A stretch of DNA of 64,000 nt from Comamonas sp. lk (GCA_945860595.1 CAMAQV010000007.1:15595-79594), one strand, 5' to 3'. Counted from the stretch's first letter, positions 9,305 to 19,089 are shown. Translations and numbers: made by a program. Notes: generated from the sequence alone by a model not told the origin.

Positions 9305-10549
9305 GTGGCGGATGGTGCGATTCAATCGGTTACCCAGAGGCTGATCAAACGCATCACCGCGTACAGCGTGGTGTGTGTGCTGGCCATCTGTGTGGCGCAG
9401 GGCTGGTACTCCTGGCACCATATTTCCGAGGAATTTGACAAAAGTCTTTTGCTCATCGGTGAAACGCAGCTACCCCTTCTGGCCATTAGCGTGTGGGATG
9501 CCGAGCCCATGGCGATTGAACGCCAGCTGTCCCACATCAGCCAGCGGCCCTACATTGCCTATGCGCGCCTCACCGCCGATGTGGGCGCCGTCTTTGAGGC
9601 CGGTAACCCCGCGCTGCATGGTCGTTCGGATGCGCGCATCTTCAACCTGGCGCAGCCCAATGACCATGAAGTCTCCATCGGCACGCTGGAGCTCGTCCCC
9701 GATCCTGCATTTTTGTATTCGGAGATCGGGCGATCCGTGGGTTTTGCCCTGGTTGGCTATGTGATTTTGTGCTGCCTGATCATTCTTTTGCTCAAGCGGG
9801 AGGTTGAGCGTCCGCTGCGCCATGTCCTGGACTACGTCACGGGTTCGGCCCAGGATCGCAGCAACCAGATGCCGGCGGTCGGGCGCGGGCAGGATCACCG
9901 GAAGGACGAAATCGACATCGTCGTGGAGGGCTTCCAGACTTTGCACAAACAGATTGACCTGCGCATGCGCGAGCTTGACGCCGAAGTGGAGAGCCGCACC
10001 ACCGCCTTGCAGTCGGCCATGGAATCCATCCAGCAGCTCTCCATCATGGATCCGCTCACCGCCTGCTACAACCGCCGCCTGTTCAATGAGCGCATTGTGG
10101 AGGAGGCAGAGCGCGCACAGCGTCTGGCGCGCCCCCTGACCCTGGTGTTTGCGGATATTGATTTTTTCAAGCGCGTCAACGACAACCATGGTCACTCCGT
10201 GGGTGACCAGGTCTTGTGCCACGTGAGCGCCATCATGCGCCGGGAAATCCGCGAAAGCGTGGACTGGGTGGTTCGCTATGGCGGCGAGGAGTTCGTGCTG
10301 GTCCTGCCCGGCACCGACCAGGAGCAGGCCGTTGGTACCGCAGAGCGTGTGCGGGCGGCCATTGCTGCGGAGCCTTTGGCCGTAAGGGGGCAGGCCATCC
10401 GTTCGACTTGCAGTTTTGGCGTCGCGCAATACCAGCCCGGAGAGCCTACCTCGGTTTGGTTGGAGCGGGTCGACAAATGCCTGTACACCGCCAAGCAATC
10501 AGGTCGCAACCAAGTGTGTGCCTGGGAAAATCGCGACATACAAATTTGA
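9305..10549 (+). CDS. Membrane-anchored diguanylate cyclase (TM-periplasmic domain-TM-HAMP-GGDEF)
   Basis: Two hydrophobic segments, a HAMP-like DEIDIV, DPLTACYNRR, DIDFFKRVNDNHGHSVGD and RYGGEEF. GTG start 3 nt after the upstream stop. Confidence 0.9.
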   Translation: MADGAIQSVTQRLIKRITAYSVVCVLAICVAQGWYSWHHISEEFDKSLLLIGETQLPLLAISVWDAEPMAIERQLSHISQRPYIAYARLTADVGAVFEAGNPALHGRSDARIFNLAQPNDHEVSIGTLELVPDPAFLYSEIGRSVGFALVGYVILCCLIILLLKREVERPLRHVLDYVTGSAQDRSNQMPAVGRGQDHRKDEIDIVVEGFQTLHKQIDLRMRELDAEVESRTTALQSAMESIQQLSIMDPLTACYNRRLFNERIVEEAERAQRLARPLTLVFADIDFFKRVNDNHGHSVGDQVLCHVSAIMRREIRESVDWVVRYGGEEFVLVLPGTDQEQAVGTAERVRAAIAAEPLAVRGQAIRSTCSFGVAQYQPGEPTSVWLERVDKCLYTAKQSGRNQVCAWENRDIQI

Positions 10550-10581
10550 AGCAGTCCGGATCCGTGCACCAGCGGCGCCGC

Positions 10582-11532
10582 TTATGTGGCGTGCGATTGC
10601 GCCAGGCAGTGTTGAAACAGCCGGGTCGCGCGGGTCGGTGCCGGCGCGTGGCGGGTGATGGCAAAAAACGCGCAGTCGTAATGGAATTGCTGGGGCGCAA
10701 TAGCCTGCATCTGCCCTGCGGCCTCAAAGCTGGCGGCGTAATGGGCCGGTAAAAACCCCACAAACTGACCCGACAGAATGAAAGTCGCAATCGACTCCTG
10801 GTCAAAGCCCGTGGCCACCCGGCGCAGCCGCAGCCGCTGGCTCACCTCCATATTGGGCGAGTGGTAGCCCAGCCCGGCGAAACGCAAGGCCCGCATCGCG
10901 CCCCAGTCCAGGGCACCATGGTCAGCGCCGAAGAGGGGGTGTGTTGCGCCGCAATACAACAGCATGCCTTCGTCAAAAAGCGGCAGATAGTCCAGCGCGC
11001 TGGAGCTGCGGTGGCCGGGAATGATGCCCACCTGGAACTGTCCATCGAGTACCCCGCGCTCGATGGCCGTGAGCGTGCCCACATGCAGGCTCAGAGCCAC
11101 GTCCGGTGCGGCCTGGCTGAACAGCGCAATCGCGCGGGCAATCTGGGCCTTAGGGTTACTTGCCGTTTTGTCGAACACCGCCACCTGCAATTCGCCGCCC
11201 ATGCGCTGGTGGATGTCGTCCACCCCCGCCCGGAATGCGTCGGCGGCGGCAAACAGCTGCGTGGTTTGCGCGTAAATGTGCGCGCCTTCTTGCGTCAGCG
11301 CAAAGCCCGCTCTGCCCCGGCTGCATAAGCGCAAGCCCAAACGGGTCTCCAAGTCTTTGATGTGGCGGCTCACGGTGGATGCGCCGATATTGAGCTCCAG
11401 TTCTGCCGCCGCCATACCGCCGCAGTCAACCACCGTGCGGAACACCCGCAGAAGGCGCAAGTCCATGTCGCTGATCTGGCCCAAGGGCGCGCGCCGCGCC
11501 GAGGAGCCATCTGCCGTCGAAGTTGTTTGCAT
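10582..11532 (-). CDS. LysR-family regulator, BauR-like
   Basis: C-terminal 316 aa of the 811-aa track ORF. LysR HTH (DLRLLRVFRTVVDCGGMAAA...LETRLGLRLCSRGRAG). Divergent from the omega-aminotransferase. Confidence 0.88.
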   Translation of the reverse strand: MQTTSTADGSSARRAPLGQISDMDLRLLRVFRTVVDCGGMAAAELELNIGASTVSRHIKDLETRLGLRLCSRGRAGFALTQEGAHIYAQTTQLFAAADAFRAGVDDIHQRMGGELQVAVFDKTASNPKAQIARAIALFSQAAPDVALSLHVGTLTAIERGVLDGQFQVGIIPGHRSSSALDYLPLFDEGMLLYCGATHPLFGADHGALDWGAMRALRFAGLGYHSPNMEVSQRLRLRRVATGFDQESIATFILSGQFVGFLPAHYAASFEAAGQMQAIAPQQFHYDCAFFAITRHAPAPTRATRLFQHCLAQSHAT

Positions 11533-11634
11533 AAACCAGCAAGTAAATAGTGATAATCTGTTCTTTATAAGCGTAAACAGCCGCGAAAATGCGCCATCCG
11601 TGTTTGCACCCTCATTCTTATTCTTGGAGGCCTT

Positions 11635-13002
11635 ATGAAACTCAACGACACCACCGCAGGCGAACCCCTGTCCACCGCGAGCGACATCGCCCAAAGCCCT
11701 GCCTGGATGGACGCGCATTGGATGGCCTACACCGGCAACCGCAACTTCAAGGCCAACCCGCGCATGATGGTCAGCGCCGAAGGCATGTACTACACCGACG
11801 ACCACGGCCGCAAAATTCTGGACGGCCTGTCTGGTCTGTGGTGCTGCGGCCTGGGCCACTCGCGGCCCGAAATCACCGCAGCGGTCGCCAAGCAGTTGGG
11901 CACCATGGAATATTCCCCCGGCTTTCAGTACGGCCACCGCCTGTCGTTTGAATTGGCCAACAAAATCAAAGAACTCACGCCGGATGGCCTGGACAGCGTG
12001 TTCTTCACTGGTTCGGGCTCCGAGTCCGCCGATACCTCGCTGAAGATGGCGCGCGCTTACTGGCGCCTCAAAGGCCAGGGCAGCAAAACCCGTTTTATCG
12101 GCCGCGAGAAGGGCTACCACGGCGTGAACTTCGGCGGTATTTCGGTCGGCGGCCTGGTCATCAACCGCAAGATGTTCGGCCAAGGTGTCGAGGCTGACCA
12201 TTTGCCGCATACCCAACTGGCGTCCAACGCGTTCTCGCACGGCATGCCCAAGAACGGCGCGGAGCTGGCCGATGACCTGTTGCGTCTGATTGCCTTGCAC
12301 GATGCGTCCAACATCGCCGCCGTGATCGTCGAGCCCATGTCCGGTTCGGGTGGCGTGGTGGTGCCACCGGTGGGCTATTTGCAGCGCCTGCGCGAAATTT
12401 GCACGGCCAACAACATCTTGTTGATTTTTGATGAAGTCATCACCGGCTTTGGTCGTCTGGGTGCCTACACCGGTGCTGCCGCTTTTGGCGTGACGCCCGA
12501 CATCATGAACCTGGCCAAGCAGGTGACCAATGGCGCTGTGCCGCTGGGCTGCGTGGTGGCCAAAAAAGATATTTACGACACCTTCATGGAAGGCGGTGGT
12601 CCGGAGTACATGCTCGAATTCGCCCATGGCTACACCTACTCGGCGCACCCCGTGGCTTGTGCGGCGGGCATTGCCGCTTTGGATGTGCTGGTGCGCGAAA
12701 ATATGGTCGAGCGCGTCGCTGCCATTGCCCCGTATTTCGAAAAAGCGGTGTACAGCCTCAAGGGCAGCAAACACGTGGTGGACATCCGCAACTGCGGCCT
12801 GGCCGCAGGCTTCAGCCTGGCCCATGTGCCCGGCGAACCCGCCCGCCGGCCCTACGAGGTTGCCATGAAGTGCCTGGAAAAAGGCTTTTATGTGCGCTAC
12901 GGCGGCGACACCATACAAATCGCGCCGCCCTTCATCGTCACGCCAGCCCAAATCGACAGCCTGGTCAACGTCCTGGGCGAAGCCTTTAACGCCACGGCGT
13001 AA
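11635..13002 (+). CDS. bauA: Omega-amino acid (beta-alanine):pyruvate aminotransferase, class III PLP
   Basis: HWMAYTGNR, LDGLSGLWC, GYHGVNFGG, FDEVITGFGR and AKQVTNG (PLP lysine), plus HGYTYSAHP. Confidence 0.88.
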   Translation: MKLNDTTAGEPLSTASDIAQSPAWMDAHWMAYTGNRNFKANPRMMVSAEGMYYTDDHGRKILDGLSGLWCCGLGHSRPEITAAVAKQLGTMEYSPGFQYGHRLSFELANKIKELTPDGLDSVFFTGSGSESADTSLKMARAYWRLKGQGSKTRFIGREKGYHGVNFGGISVGGLVINRKMFGQGVEADHLPHTQLASNAFSHGMPKNGAELADDLLRLIALHDASNIAAVIVEPMSGSGGVVVPPVGYLQRLREICTANNILLIFDEVITGFGRLGAYTGAAAFGVTPDIMNLAKQVTNGAVPLGCVVAKKDIYDTFMEGGGPEYMLEFAHGYTYSAHPVACAAGIAALDVLVRENMVERVAAIAPYFEKAVYSLKGSKHVVDIRNCGLAAGFSLAHVPGEPARRPYEVAMKCLEKGFYVRYGGDTIQIAPPFIVTPAQIDSLVNVLGEAFNATA

Positions 13003-13031
13003 TCCACCACTTTTCAATTCCTTAGGTTTTT

Positions 13032-14537
13032 ATGTCATCTCTTCCTATCGTTGGCCATCTAATTGGCGGACAGTCCGTAACGACGGGCAGTCGCTCGCAA
13101 GACGTTTTCAACCCCGCCACGGGCAAAGCCGAAAAACGGGTTTTGCTGGCCGACAAGGCTACAGTTGAGCAAGCGATTGCCAACGCACAGGCCGCTTTTC
13201 CTGCCTGGCGTAACACGCCGCCGCTCAAGCGTGCCCGCGTCATGGGCAACTTGAAGGTGCTGCTGGAAAAGCATGCGGACGAGATCTGCCGCATGATTAC
13301 CGCCGAGCATGGCAAGGTGCTGAGCGACGCTCTGGGCGAATTGCAGCGCGGCATCGAAAACGTGGAGTACGCCAGCTATGCGCCCGAACTTCTCAAGGGA
13401 GAGCACAGTAAAAACGTGGGCCCGTCGATTGATTCGTGGAGCGAGTTCCAGGCCCTGGGCGTCACCGCCGGTATTACTCCGTTCAACTTCCCCGCCATGG
13501 TCCCTTTGTGGATGTGGCCCATGGCCGTGGCCTGTGGCAACTGCTTCATCTTGAAGCCCTCCGAGCGCGATCCGACCAGCACCCTGCGCATCGCCGAACT
13601 GGCGCTCGAAGCCGGTTTGCCGCCCGGCGTGCTCAACGTGGTCAACGGCGACAAAGAAGCCGTGGATACGCTGCTTACCGACCCGCGCGTCAAAGCGGTG
13701 AGCTTCGTCGGCTCCACACCGATTGCCGAGTACATCTACTCGGTCGGTTGCGCCCACGGAAAGCGGGTCCAGGCTTTAGGCGGCGCGAAGAACCACGCCG
13801 TGGTCATGCCTGACGCGGATGTGCCTAATGCGGTGAACGCCTTGATGGGCGCGGCATTCGGCTCTTGCGGCGAACGCTGCATGGCGATTCCCTTGGTGGT
13901 GGCGGTGGGTGACGCAACGGCGGATGCCGTGATTGCCGGCCTGAAAGCCGAAATCGCCAAGATGACCGTAGGGTCCGGCTTTGATGCCAAGAGCGATATG
14001 GGGCCGCTGGTCACCAAACCGCATTTCGAGAAGGTCAAGGGCTATGTCGACCAGGGTGTGGCTGAAGGCGCTACCTTGCTGGTCGATGGCCGTGGTGTGA
14101 AAGTTGCCGGACATGAAGACGGGTACTTTTTGGGCCCCTGCCTGTTTGACAACGTCAAGCCCGGCATGGTGATCTACCAGGAAGAAATTTTTGGACCCGT
14201 GCTCGGCGTGGTGCGCGTGAAGACGCTGCAAGAAGCGATGGACTTGATCGATGCCCATGAATATGGCAACGGCACCTGCATCTTCACCCGCGATGGTGAG
14301 GCGGCGCGCTACTTCACCGACAACATTCTGGTCGGCATGGTGGGTGTCAATGTGCCGCTGCCGGTACCCGTGGCCTACCACTCGTTCGGCGGCTGGAAGC
14401 GCAGCCTGTTTGGCGATTTGCACGCCTACGGCCCCGACGCGGTGCGCTTCTACACCAAGCGCAAAACCATCACCCAGCGCTGGCCATCGGCGGGCGTGCG
14501 CGAGGGCACGGTGTTCAGCTTCCCCAGCAGCAAGTAA
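13032..14537 (+). CDS. mmsA: CoA-acylating (methyl)malonate-semialdehyde dehydrogenase
   Basis: GITPFNFPAM, KPSERDP, FVGSTPIA, GGAKNH, AFGSCGERCMA (catalytic Cys) and EEIFGPV. Confidence 0.93.
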   Translation: MSSLPIVGHLIGGQSVTTGSRSQDVFNPATGKAEKRVLLADKATVEQAIANAQAAFPAWRNTPPLKRARVMGNLKVLLEKHADEICRMITAEHGKVLSDALGELQRGIENVEYASYAPELLKGEHSKNVGPSIDSWSEFQALGVTAGITPFNFPAMVPLWMWPMAVACGNCFILKPSERDPTSTLRIAELALEAGLPPGVLNVVNGDKEAVDTLLTDPRVKAVSFVGSTPIAEYIYSVGCAHGKRVQALGGAKNHAVVMPDADVPNAVNALMGAAFGSCGERCMAIPLVVAVGDATADAVIAGLKAEIAKMTVGSGFDAKSDMGPLVTKPHFEKVKGYVDQGVAEGATLLVDGRGVKVAGHEDGYFLGPCLFDNVKPGMVIYQEEIFGPVLGVVRVKTLQEAMDLIDAHEYGNGTCIFTRDGEAARYFTDNILVGMVGVNVPLPVPVAYHSFGGWKRSLFGDLHAYGPDAVRFYTKRKTITQRWPSAGVREGTVFSFPSSK

Positions 14538-14573
14538 AGCGTTTGCCGCGTCGGCGGCGCACCGCAGGCCTTC

Positions 14574-15341
14574 TTAAAAGGTCTCGGTGTGTCCGTCCAC
14601 CACCAGCTCCTGGCCGCTGATGCGCGCGCCGACGCTCGATGTGACAAACAAAGCCATGCTGGCGATATCTTGCGGCGCAATAAAGGTGCGCAGGGACGCT
14701 GCGCGCGTCAACTCCTCCCGCACTGCCTCCAGGGTCGCGCCGGTGGCGGCAGCTTGTGCGGCGACCACGCGGTCCATGCGATCGCCTGAAACGGAGCCTG
14801 GGCAAATGCAATTCACCCGCACACCGGCCGGTCCCAGTTCCTGCGCTAGCGCCTTGGTCAGGCCGCGAATCGCCCATTTAGCTGCCGTATAGGGCGCGCG
14901 CTGGGGCAGGCCAAACAGTCCGGCGGTGGAGGACATGTTGACGATGGAGCCGCTGCCCTGTGCTCGAAAAATCGGTGCGGCAAAGTGCGCGCATAAAAAT
15001 ACGGAATCCAGGTTCACCGCCAGGCAGCGCTGCCAGTCGGCAAAGGCCATGTCTTCCACATTGGCGGTGGGACCGGATACACCGGCGTTGCTGACCATGA
15101 TGTCCAGTCCGCCCAGGTGCGATGTGGCCTGCGAAAACAGTTCGCGAACCTGTGCCTCCTGGGCCACGTCGCACAGCATGCCGCGCAGATGGGGGCGTGT
15201 CTGTAGGGCGCTATGCAGCGCCGCTGCGTCGGTGTCGCAGATGTAGACGCGGGCACCTGCTGCCGTGAAGGCATCGGCCATCACCAACCCGATGCCGGAT
15301 GCGGCCGCGGTGATCAAGACTCTTTGGTTCTGGTGTGTCAT
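14574..15341 (-). CDS. Short-chain dehydrogenase/reductase
   Basis: TAAASGIG glycine-rich variant, NAG, YTAAK catalytic motif and VNCICPG. Start placed at MTHQNQRV. Confidence 0.88.
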   Translation of the reverse strand: MTHQNQRVLITAAASGIGLVMADAFTAAGARVYICDTDAAALHSALQTRPHLRGMLCDVAQEAQVRELFSQATSHLGGLDIMVSNAGVSGPTANVEDMAFADWQRCLAVNLDSVFLCAHFAAPIFRAQGSGSIVNMSSTAGLFGLPQRAPYTAAKWAIRGLTKALAQELGPAGVRVNCICPGSVSGDRMDRVVAAQAAATGATLEAVREELTRAASLRTFIAPQDIASMALFVTSSVGARISGQELVVDGHTETF

Positions 15342-15388
15342 GGCAGCGTCCGGTGGTGTAAAACACCCAAAGGATAATCCCCGCCAAC

Positions 15389-17332
15389 ATGGCATTGATT
15401 ACCCTTCTGGACGCCCAACTCGCTTTTGGGCACGTACCCCTGCTGGACCATGCAGGTTTTTCATTGGAAACAGCCGAGCGCGTCGGCCTCATCGGGCGCA
15501 ACGGCACGGGCAAATCGTCGATGCTCAAGATCCTGGCCGGCTTGGAGAAGCCCGACGACGGCTTGGTCCAGGTTCAAAGCGGCACCCGCATTGCCTATGT
15601 GGCCCAGGAGCCGCAGCTCGATGCGGCCTCCAGCGTTTTCGATGCGGTGGCCGAAGGCCTGCAGCGTGTGCGCTACCTGATCGACGAATACTCCCAGGGT
15701 CACGGTGACCTGGACGCCATGCAAAGCGAGATCGAGTCGCTGGACGGCTGGAACTGGGATCAGCGCGTCACCGAGACCTTGCAGCGACTGCACTTAAATC
15801 CCGAGGCTATCGTTAGCACCTTATCGGGCGGCACCAAAAAGCGCGTGGCACTGGCGCAAGCGCTGGTGGCGCAACCCGACGTACTGCTGCTCGATGAGCC
15901 GACCAACCATCTGGATCTCGACTCCATTGAATGGTTGGAGGGCCTGCTGGTGGACTTCAAGGGCAGCATCATCACCATCACCCACGACCGCTCGTTTCTG
16001 GACAACGTGGCCACCCGCATCGTGGAGTTGGACCGCGGCAAGCTGTTGTCTTATCCCGGCAACTTCGCTGCTTACCTGCTGCAAAAGGAAGAGCAACTGG
16101 CGCAAGAGGCCGTCATCAACGCCCGCGCCGACAAGCTGCTGGCGCAGGAAGAGGTGTGGATCCGCAAAGGCGTGGAAGCCCGGCGCACCCGCGCCACGGC
16201 GCGTATCGTGCGCCTGGACAATTTGCGCGCAGCCCGCGAGGCCCGCCGCGAGGTCGTCGGTAGCGTGAATATGGACGTTAACAGCGGTGCCGTCAGCGGC
16301 AAATTGGTGGCCGAGCTGACCCATGTGTCCAAGACTTTTGGCGAGCGCAAAATCGTGCACGACTTCTCAGCGACGATTTTGCGCGGCGACAAAATCGGAC
16401 TGCTTGGGCCCAACGGTGCGGGCAAAACCACGCTGCTCAAACTCATTCTGGGTGAGCTGCAGCCCGACCTGGCCCCCGCCAACGCCCCCGCGCCCGAACC
16501 CGGCCACAGCCCCTGGGGCACGGTGCGCCAGGGGGCGAATATTTCGGTGGCCTACTTCGACCAGATGCGCAACGCGCTGGACATGGACGCCACGCTGGAA
16601 GACTTCATCAGCCCGGGCAGCGAGTGGATCGAAATCGGCAACCGCCGCCAGCATGTCAAAAGCTATCTGGGTGACTTTTTGTTCTCACCCGCACGCGCCA
16701 ATTCGCCTGTGCGGTCCCTGAGCGGCGGCGAACGCAACCGCCTGCTGCTGGCGCGCCTGTTTGCCCGCCCGGCCAATGTGCTGGTGCTCGACGAGCCCAC
16801 CAACGACTTGGACATCGACACCCTGGAGCTGCTTGAAGACTTGCTGCAAAACTACGACGGCACGGTGTTTCTGGTCAGCCATGACCGTACTTTTTTGGAC
16901 AACGTGGTCACCAGCACCATTGCTTTTGAGGGCGATGCGCGCTGGCGCGAGTTTGAAGGTGGCGTGCAAGACTGGTTGATTCAAAGTAAGCGCGCCAACG
17001 CCATCGCCCAGGCCAAAGGGCAGAAAGGCGCGCAGGCCTTTCATTACGAGAGCAGCGAGGCCACAAAAGACCCGGCTCCTCCCCCGCCAGCACCTGCGGC
17101 GCCCGCCGCCAAAACCCGCAAGCTCAGCTACAAAGAGCAGCGCGAACTCGAAGCCCTGCCCGCGCACATCGCCACTCTGGAGGCCGAGCAAGCCGCCATC
17201 CACGCCGAGTTGGCCGATGGCAGCCTCTACGCCCGCGACAACGCGCTGGCCTTGCAACGGACCCAGCGCGCGGCGGATATCGACGCGGAGTTGATGGCGG
17301 CGCTGGAGCGCTGGGAGTTTCTGGGGGGTTGA
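15389..17332 (+). CDS. uup: ABC-F family ATPase Uup
   Basis: Two ABC cassettes (GRNGTGKS/LSGG/LLDEPTNHLD and GPNGAGKT/LSGGE/VLDEPTNDLD) and a C-terminal KLSYKEQREL coiled coil. No TM segments. Confidence 0.92.
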   Translation: MALITLLDAQLAFGHVPLLDHAGFSLETAERVGLIGRNGTGKSSMLKILAGLEKPDDGLVQVQSGTRIAYVAQEPQLDAASSVFDAVAEGLQRVRYLIDEYSQGHGDLDAMQSEIESLDGWNWDQRVTETLQRLHLNPEAIVSTLSGGTKKRVALAQALVAQPDVLLLDEPTNHLDLDSIEWLEGLLVDFKGSIITITHDRSFLDNVATRIVELDRGKLLSYPGNFAAYLLQKEEQLAQEAVINARADKLLAQEEVWIRKGVEARRTRATARIVRLDNLRAAREARREVVGSVNMDVNSGAVSGKLVAELTHVSKTFGERKIVHDFSATILRGDKIGLLGPNGAGKTTLLKLILGELQPDLAPANAPAPEPGHSPWGTVRQGANISVAYFDQMRNALDMDATLEDFISPGSEWIEIGNRRQHVKSYLGDFLFSPARANSPVRSLSGGERNRLLLARLFARPANVLVLDEPTNDLDIDTLELLEDLLQNYDGTVFLVSHDRTFLDNVVTSTIAFEGDARWREFEGGVQDWLIQSKRANAIAQAKGQKGAQAFHYESSEATKDPAPPPPAPAAPAAKTRKLSYKEQRELEALPAHIATLEAEQAAIHAELADGSLYARDNALALQRTQRAADIDAELMAALERWEFLGG

Positions 17333-17353
17333 GGTTTTACGGTGTTGTTCGGT

Positions 17354-17818
17354 CTAGGGCGCCACCACATCCAGATTCGGAAAATAGCTGCGGTAGCGCG
17401 CAGCGTCCCGCGTGAGCAGCCGCAGATTGCCGACCAGTGCGTGCGCGCCGATGTAGAAGTCCGGCATGGGTGAGGATTTTGTGCCCTGGGCCTGGCGGTA
17501 GACCTTGAAGGCCTGGCCCGCCAGAAAGGCTGCGTCCCAGGGCAGGGCTTCACGCACCAGCGGCAGGCCTGCCAGGGCTGCCTCCAGGTCGCTGGCCCGC
17601 TCAAAGCGCGGGCTGAGTTCGGCCAGGATCAGCGGGTTGATCACCAGCGGGCCCAACCCGGCGCAGCGTTCCAACTGGTCTAGCGACCAGTCGGCCCATT
17701 GGGCATCGTCAGCCAGCACGTCAATCACAACGCAGCTGTCCACCAGCGTGCCGCGCGGTAGCGCCTGGACCAGATAGCGCGCGTCGGGCTCTGCCACACG
17801 CGGGGTGGTGCGGGCCAC
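17354..17818 (-). CDS. vapC: PIN-domain toxin (VapC-like)
   Basis: LVDSCVVID, ILAELS, PDFYIGAHA and LLTRDAARYRSYFP PIN motifs. GTG start 3 nt after the antitoxin stop. Confidence 0.88.
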   Translation of the reverse strand: MARTTPRVAEPDARYLVQALPRGTLVDSCVVIDVLADDAQWADWSLDQLERCAGLGPLVINPLILAELSPRFERASDLEAALAGLPLVREALPWDAAFLAGQAFKVYRQAQGTKSSPMPDFYIGAHALVGNLRLLTRDAARYRSYFPNLDVVAP

Positions 17819-17821
17819 GAC

Positions 17822-18061
17822 TCAGGCCCGCAAAAATGCCATGAATTCGTCAGTCCCCATGTCCTTGAACTGCAGCGCATTGGCGCTGCCGCGCACGCGG
17901 GCGAAAGCGGCGCGGGCGCTGGTCGCCGGGGCGGTGATGGCGCGCAAGATGACCTCGCCGTTTTCGCGCACCTCGAATTCGACTTCACTGTGCGGATGCA
18001 AACCCGCCTTCTCGCGCACCGCCTGCGGAATCGTGACCTGCCCTTTGCTGGTGATTTTCAT
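17822..18061 (-). CDS. vapB: AbrB/MazE/SpoVT-family antitoxin (VapB-like)
   Basis: MKITSKGQVTIPQAVREKAGL AbrB-fold signature, directly upstream of the PIN gene. Confidence 0.88.
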   Translation of the reverse strand: MKITSKGQVTIPQAVREKAGLHPHSEVEFEVRENGEVILRAITAPATSARAAFARVRGSANALQFKDMGTDEFMAFLRA

Positions 18062-18069
18062 AGGAAATC

Positions 18070-18099
18070 CTTACTTTTACGTGGTAAGAATCTTACCGC
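18070..18099. promoter_or_regulatory. Probable vapBC autoregulatory operator
   Basis: Palindrome GGTAAGA-A-TCTTACC at 18083-18097, plus a further CTTAC half-site at 18070-18074, just upstream of the antitoxin start. Confidence 0.65.
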
Positions 18100-18120
18100 A
18101 ATGCCGGTCTTGCGTGCAAG

Positions 18121-19089
18121 CTAGCGTTCTTTGACATAGGGTTTGCCGCTGGCCTTGGGGGCGACGGCTTTGCCGATGAAGCCGGCCAGCAAGATGACCG
18201 TGAGCAGGTAGGGCAGGGCTTGGATGGCTTGCACCGGTACCACGCCGATGCCGGGCAGCGCCACACCTTGCAGCCGCATGGCGATAGCGTCCAAAAATCC
18301 AAACAACAGGCAGGCCCACAGCGCCCCTGCGGGCTGCCAGCGCCCAAAGATCAGTGCGGCCAGCGCCATGAAGCCGCGCCCGGCGGTCATGTGCGGCGAA
18401 AAACTTGCGCTTTGGGCCAACACCAGGTAGCTACCTGCCAGCCCGCACAACAGGCCGTTCAGCACAAGCGCGCGGTAGCGCAGCCCGGCCACAGAGACAC
18501 CGGCGGCGTCCACCATCTGCGGGTTCTCGCCCACCGCCCGAAGGCGCAGGCCAAAGCGGGTGCGAAACAGCAGCCACCCGCTTGCCGGCACCAGCGCATA
18601 GGCCGCGTAAACCAGCGCGCTGTGCCCCAGCAGCGCCTCGCCCACGACCCGTCCCAGCAGCGGCACAAAGGCCAGCGCGTCCCCGGCCTGCGGTAGCAGC
18701 GGCTGCAGGCGGACGCCGGAGGCCAATGGAGGGGTTTGTCCACCCTGGTGGAACCAGGCAATGCCCAGCACTACCGTCAGCCCGGCTGCAATGATGTTGA
18801 TGGCCACGCCCGAAACCACCTGGTCCCCGGGGTAGCTCACGCAGGCCACTCCGTGCAGCATGGACAGCGCCACGCCTACCGCCATAGCCGCGACCAGCGC
18901 CAGCATCCAAGAGCCGCTGGCCGCGCCTGCAGCACCTGCGGCAAATGCGGCGAAAAGCATCTTTCCTTCCAAGCCGATGTCCACCACGCCCGAGCGTTCT
19001 GCGAACATACCTGCCAGCGCGCACAAAATCAGCGGCGTGGCCAGGCGCACGCTCGAGGCCAGCACCGAGGCGACGAGTACTTCATCCAC
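18121..19089 (-). CDS. Nucleoside/BMP-type ABC transporter permease
   Basis: ERSGVVDIGLEGKML, LRAVGENP and GRGFMALAALIFGRW motifs; hydrophobic. Confidence 0.9.
   Translation of the reverse strand: MDEVLVASVLASSVRLATPLILCALAGMFAERSGVVDIGLEGKMLFAAFAAGAAGAASGSWMLALVAAMAVGVALSMLHGVACVSYPGDQVVSGVAINIIAAGLTVVLGIAWFHQGGQTPPLASGVRLQPLLPQAGDALAFVPLLGRVVGEALLGHSALVYAAYALVPASGWLLFRTRFGLRLRAVGENPQMVDAAGVSVAGLRYRALVLNGLLCGLAGSYLVLAQSASFSPHMTAGRGFMALAALIFGRWQPAGALWACLLFGFLDAIAMRLQGVALPGIGVVPVQAIQALPYLLTVILLAGFIGKAVAPKASGKPYVKER

Noticed and set aside
11533-13017. 811-aa ORF that appears to give the LysR protein a long N-terminal extension
   Set aside because: The extension is the antisense shadow of bauA (open reverse frame from GC3 bias). 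The LysR HTH begins only after Met 11532.
16470-16520. Pro/Ala-rich insertion in the second ABC domain of Uup (DLAPANAPAPEPGHSPWG)
   Set aside because: In frame and flanked by intact motifs; most likely a lineage-specific loop, not a mobile insertion or frameshift.
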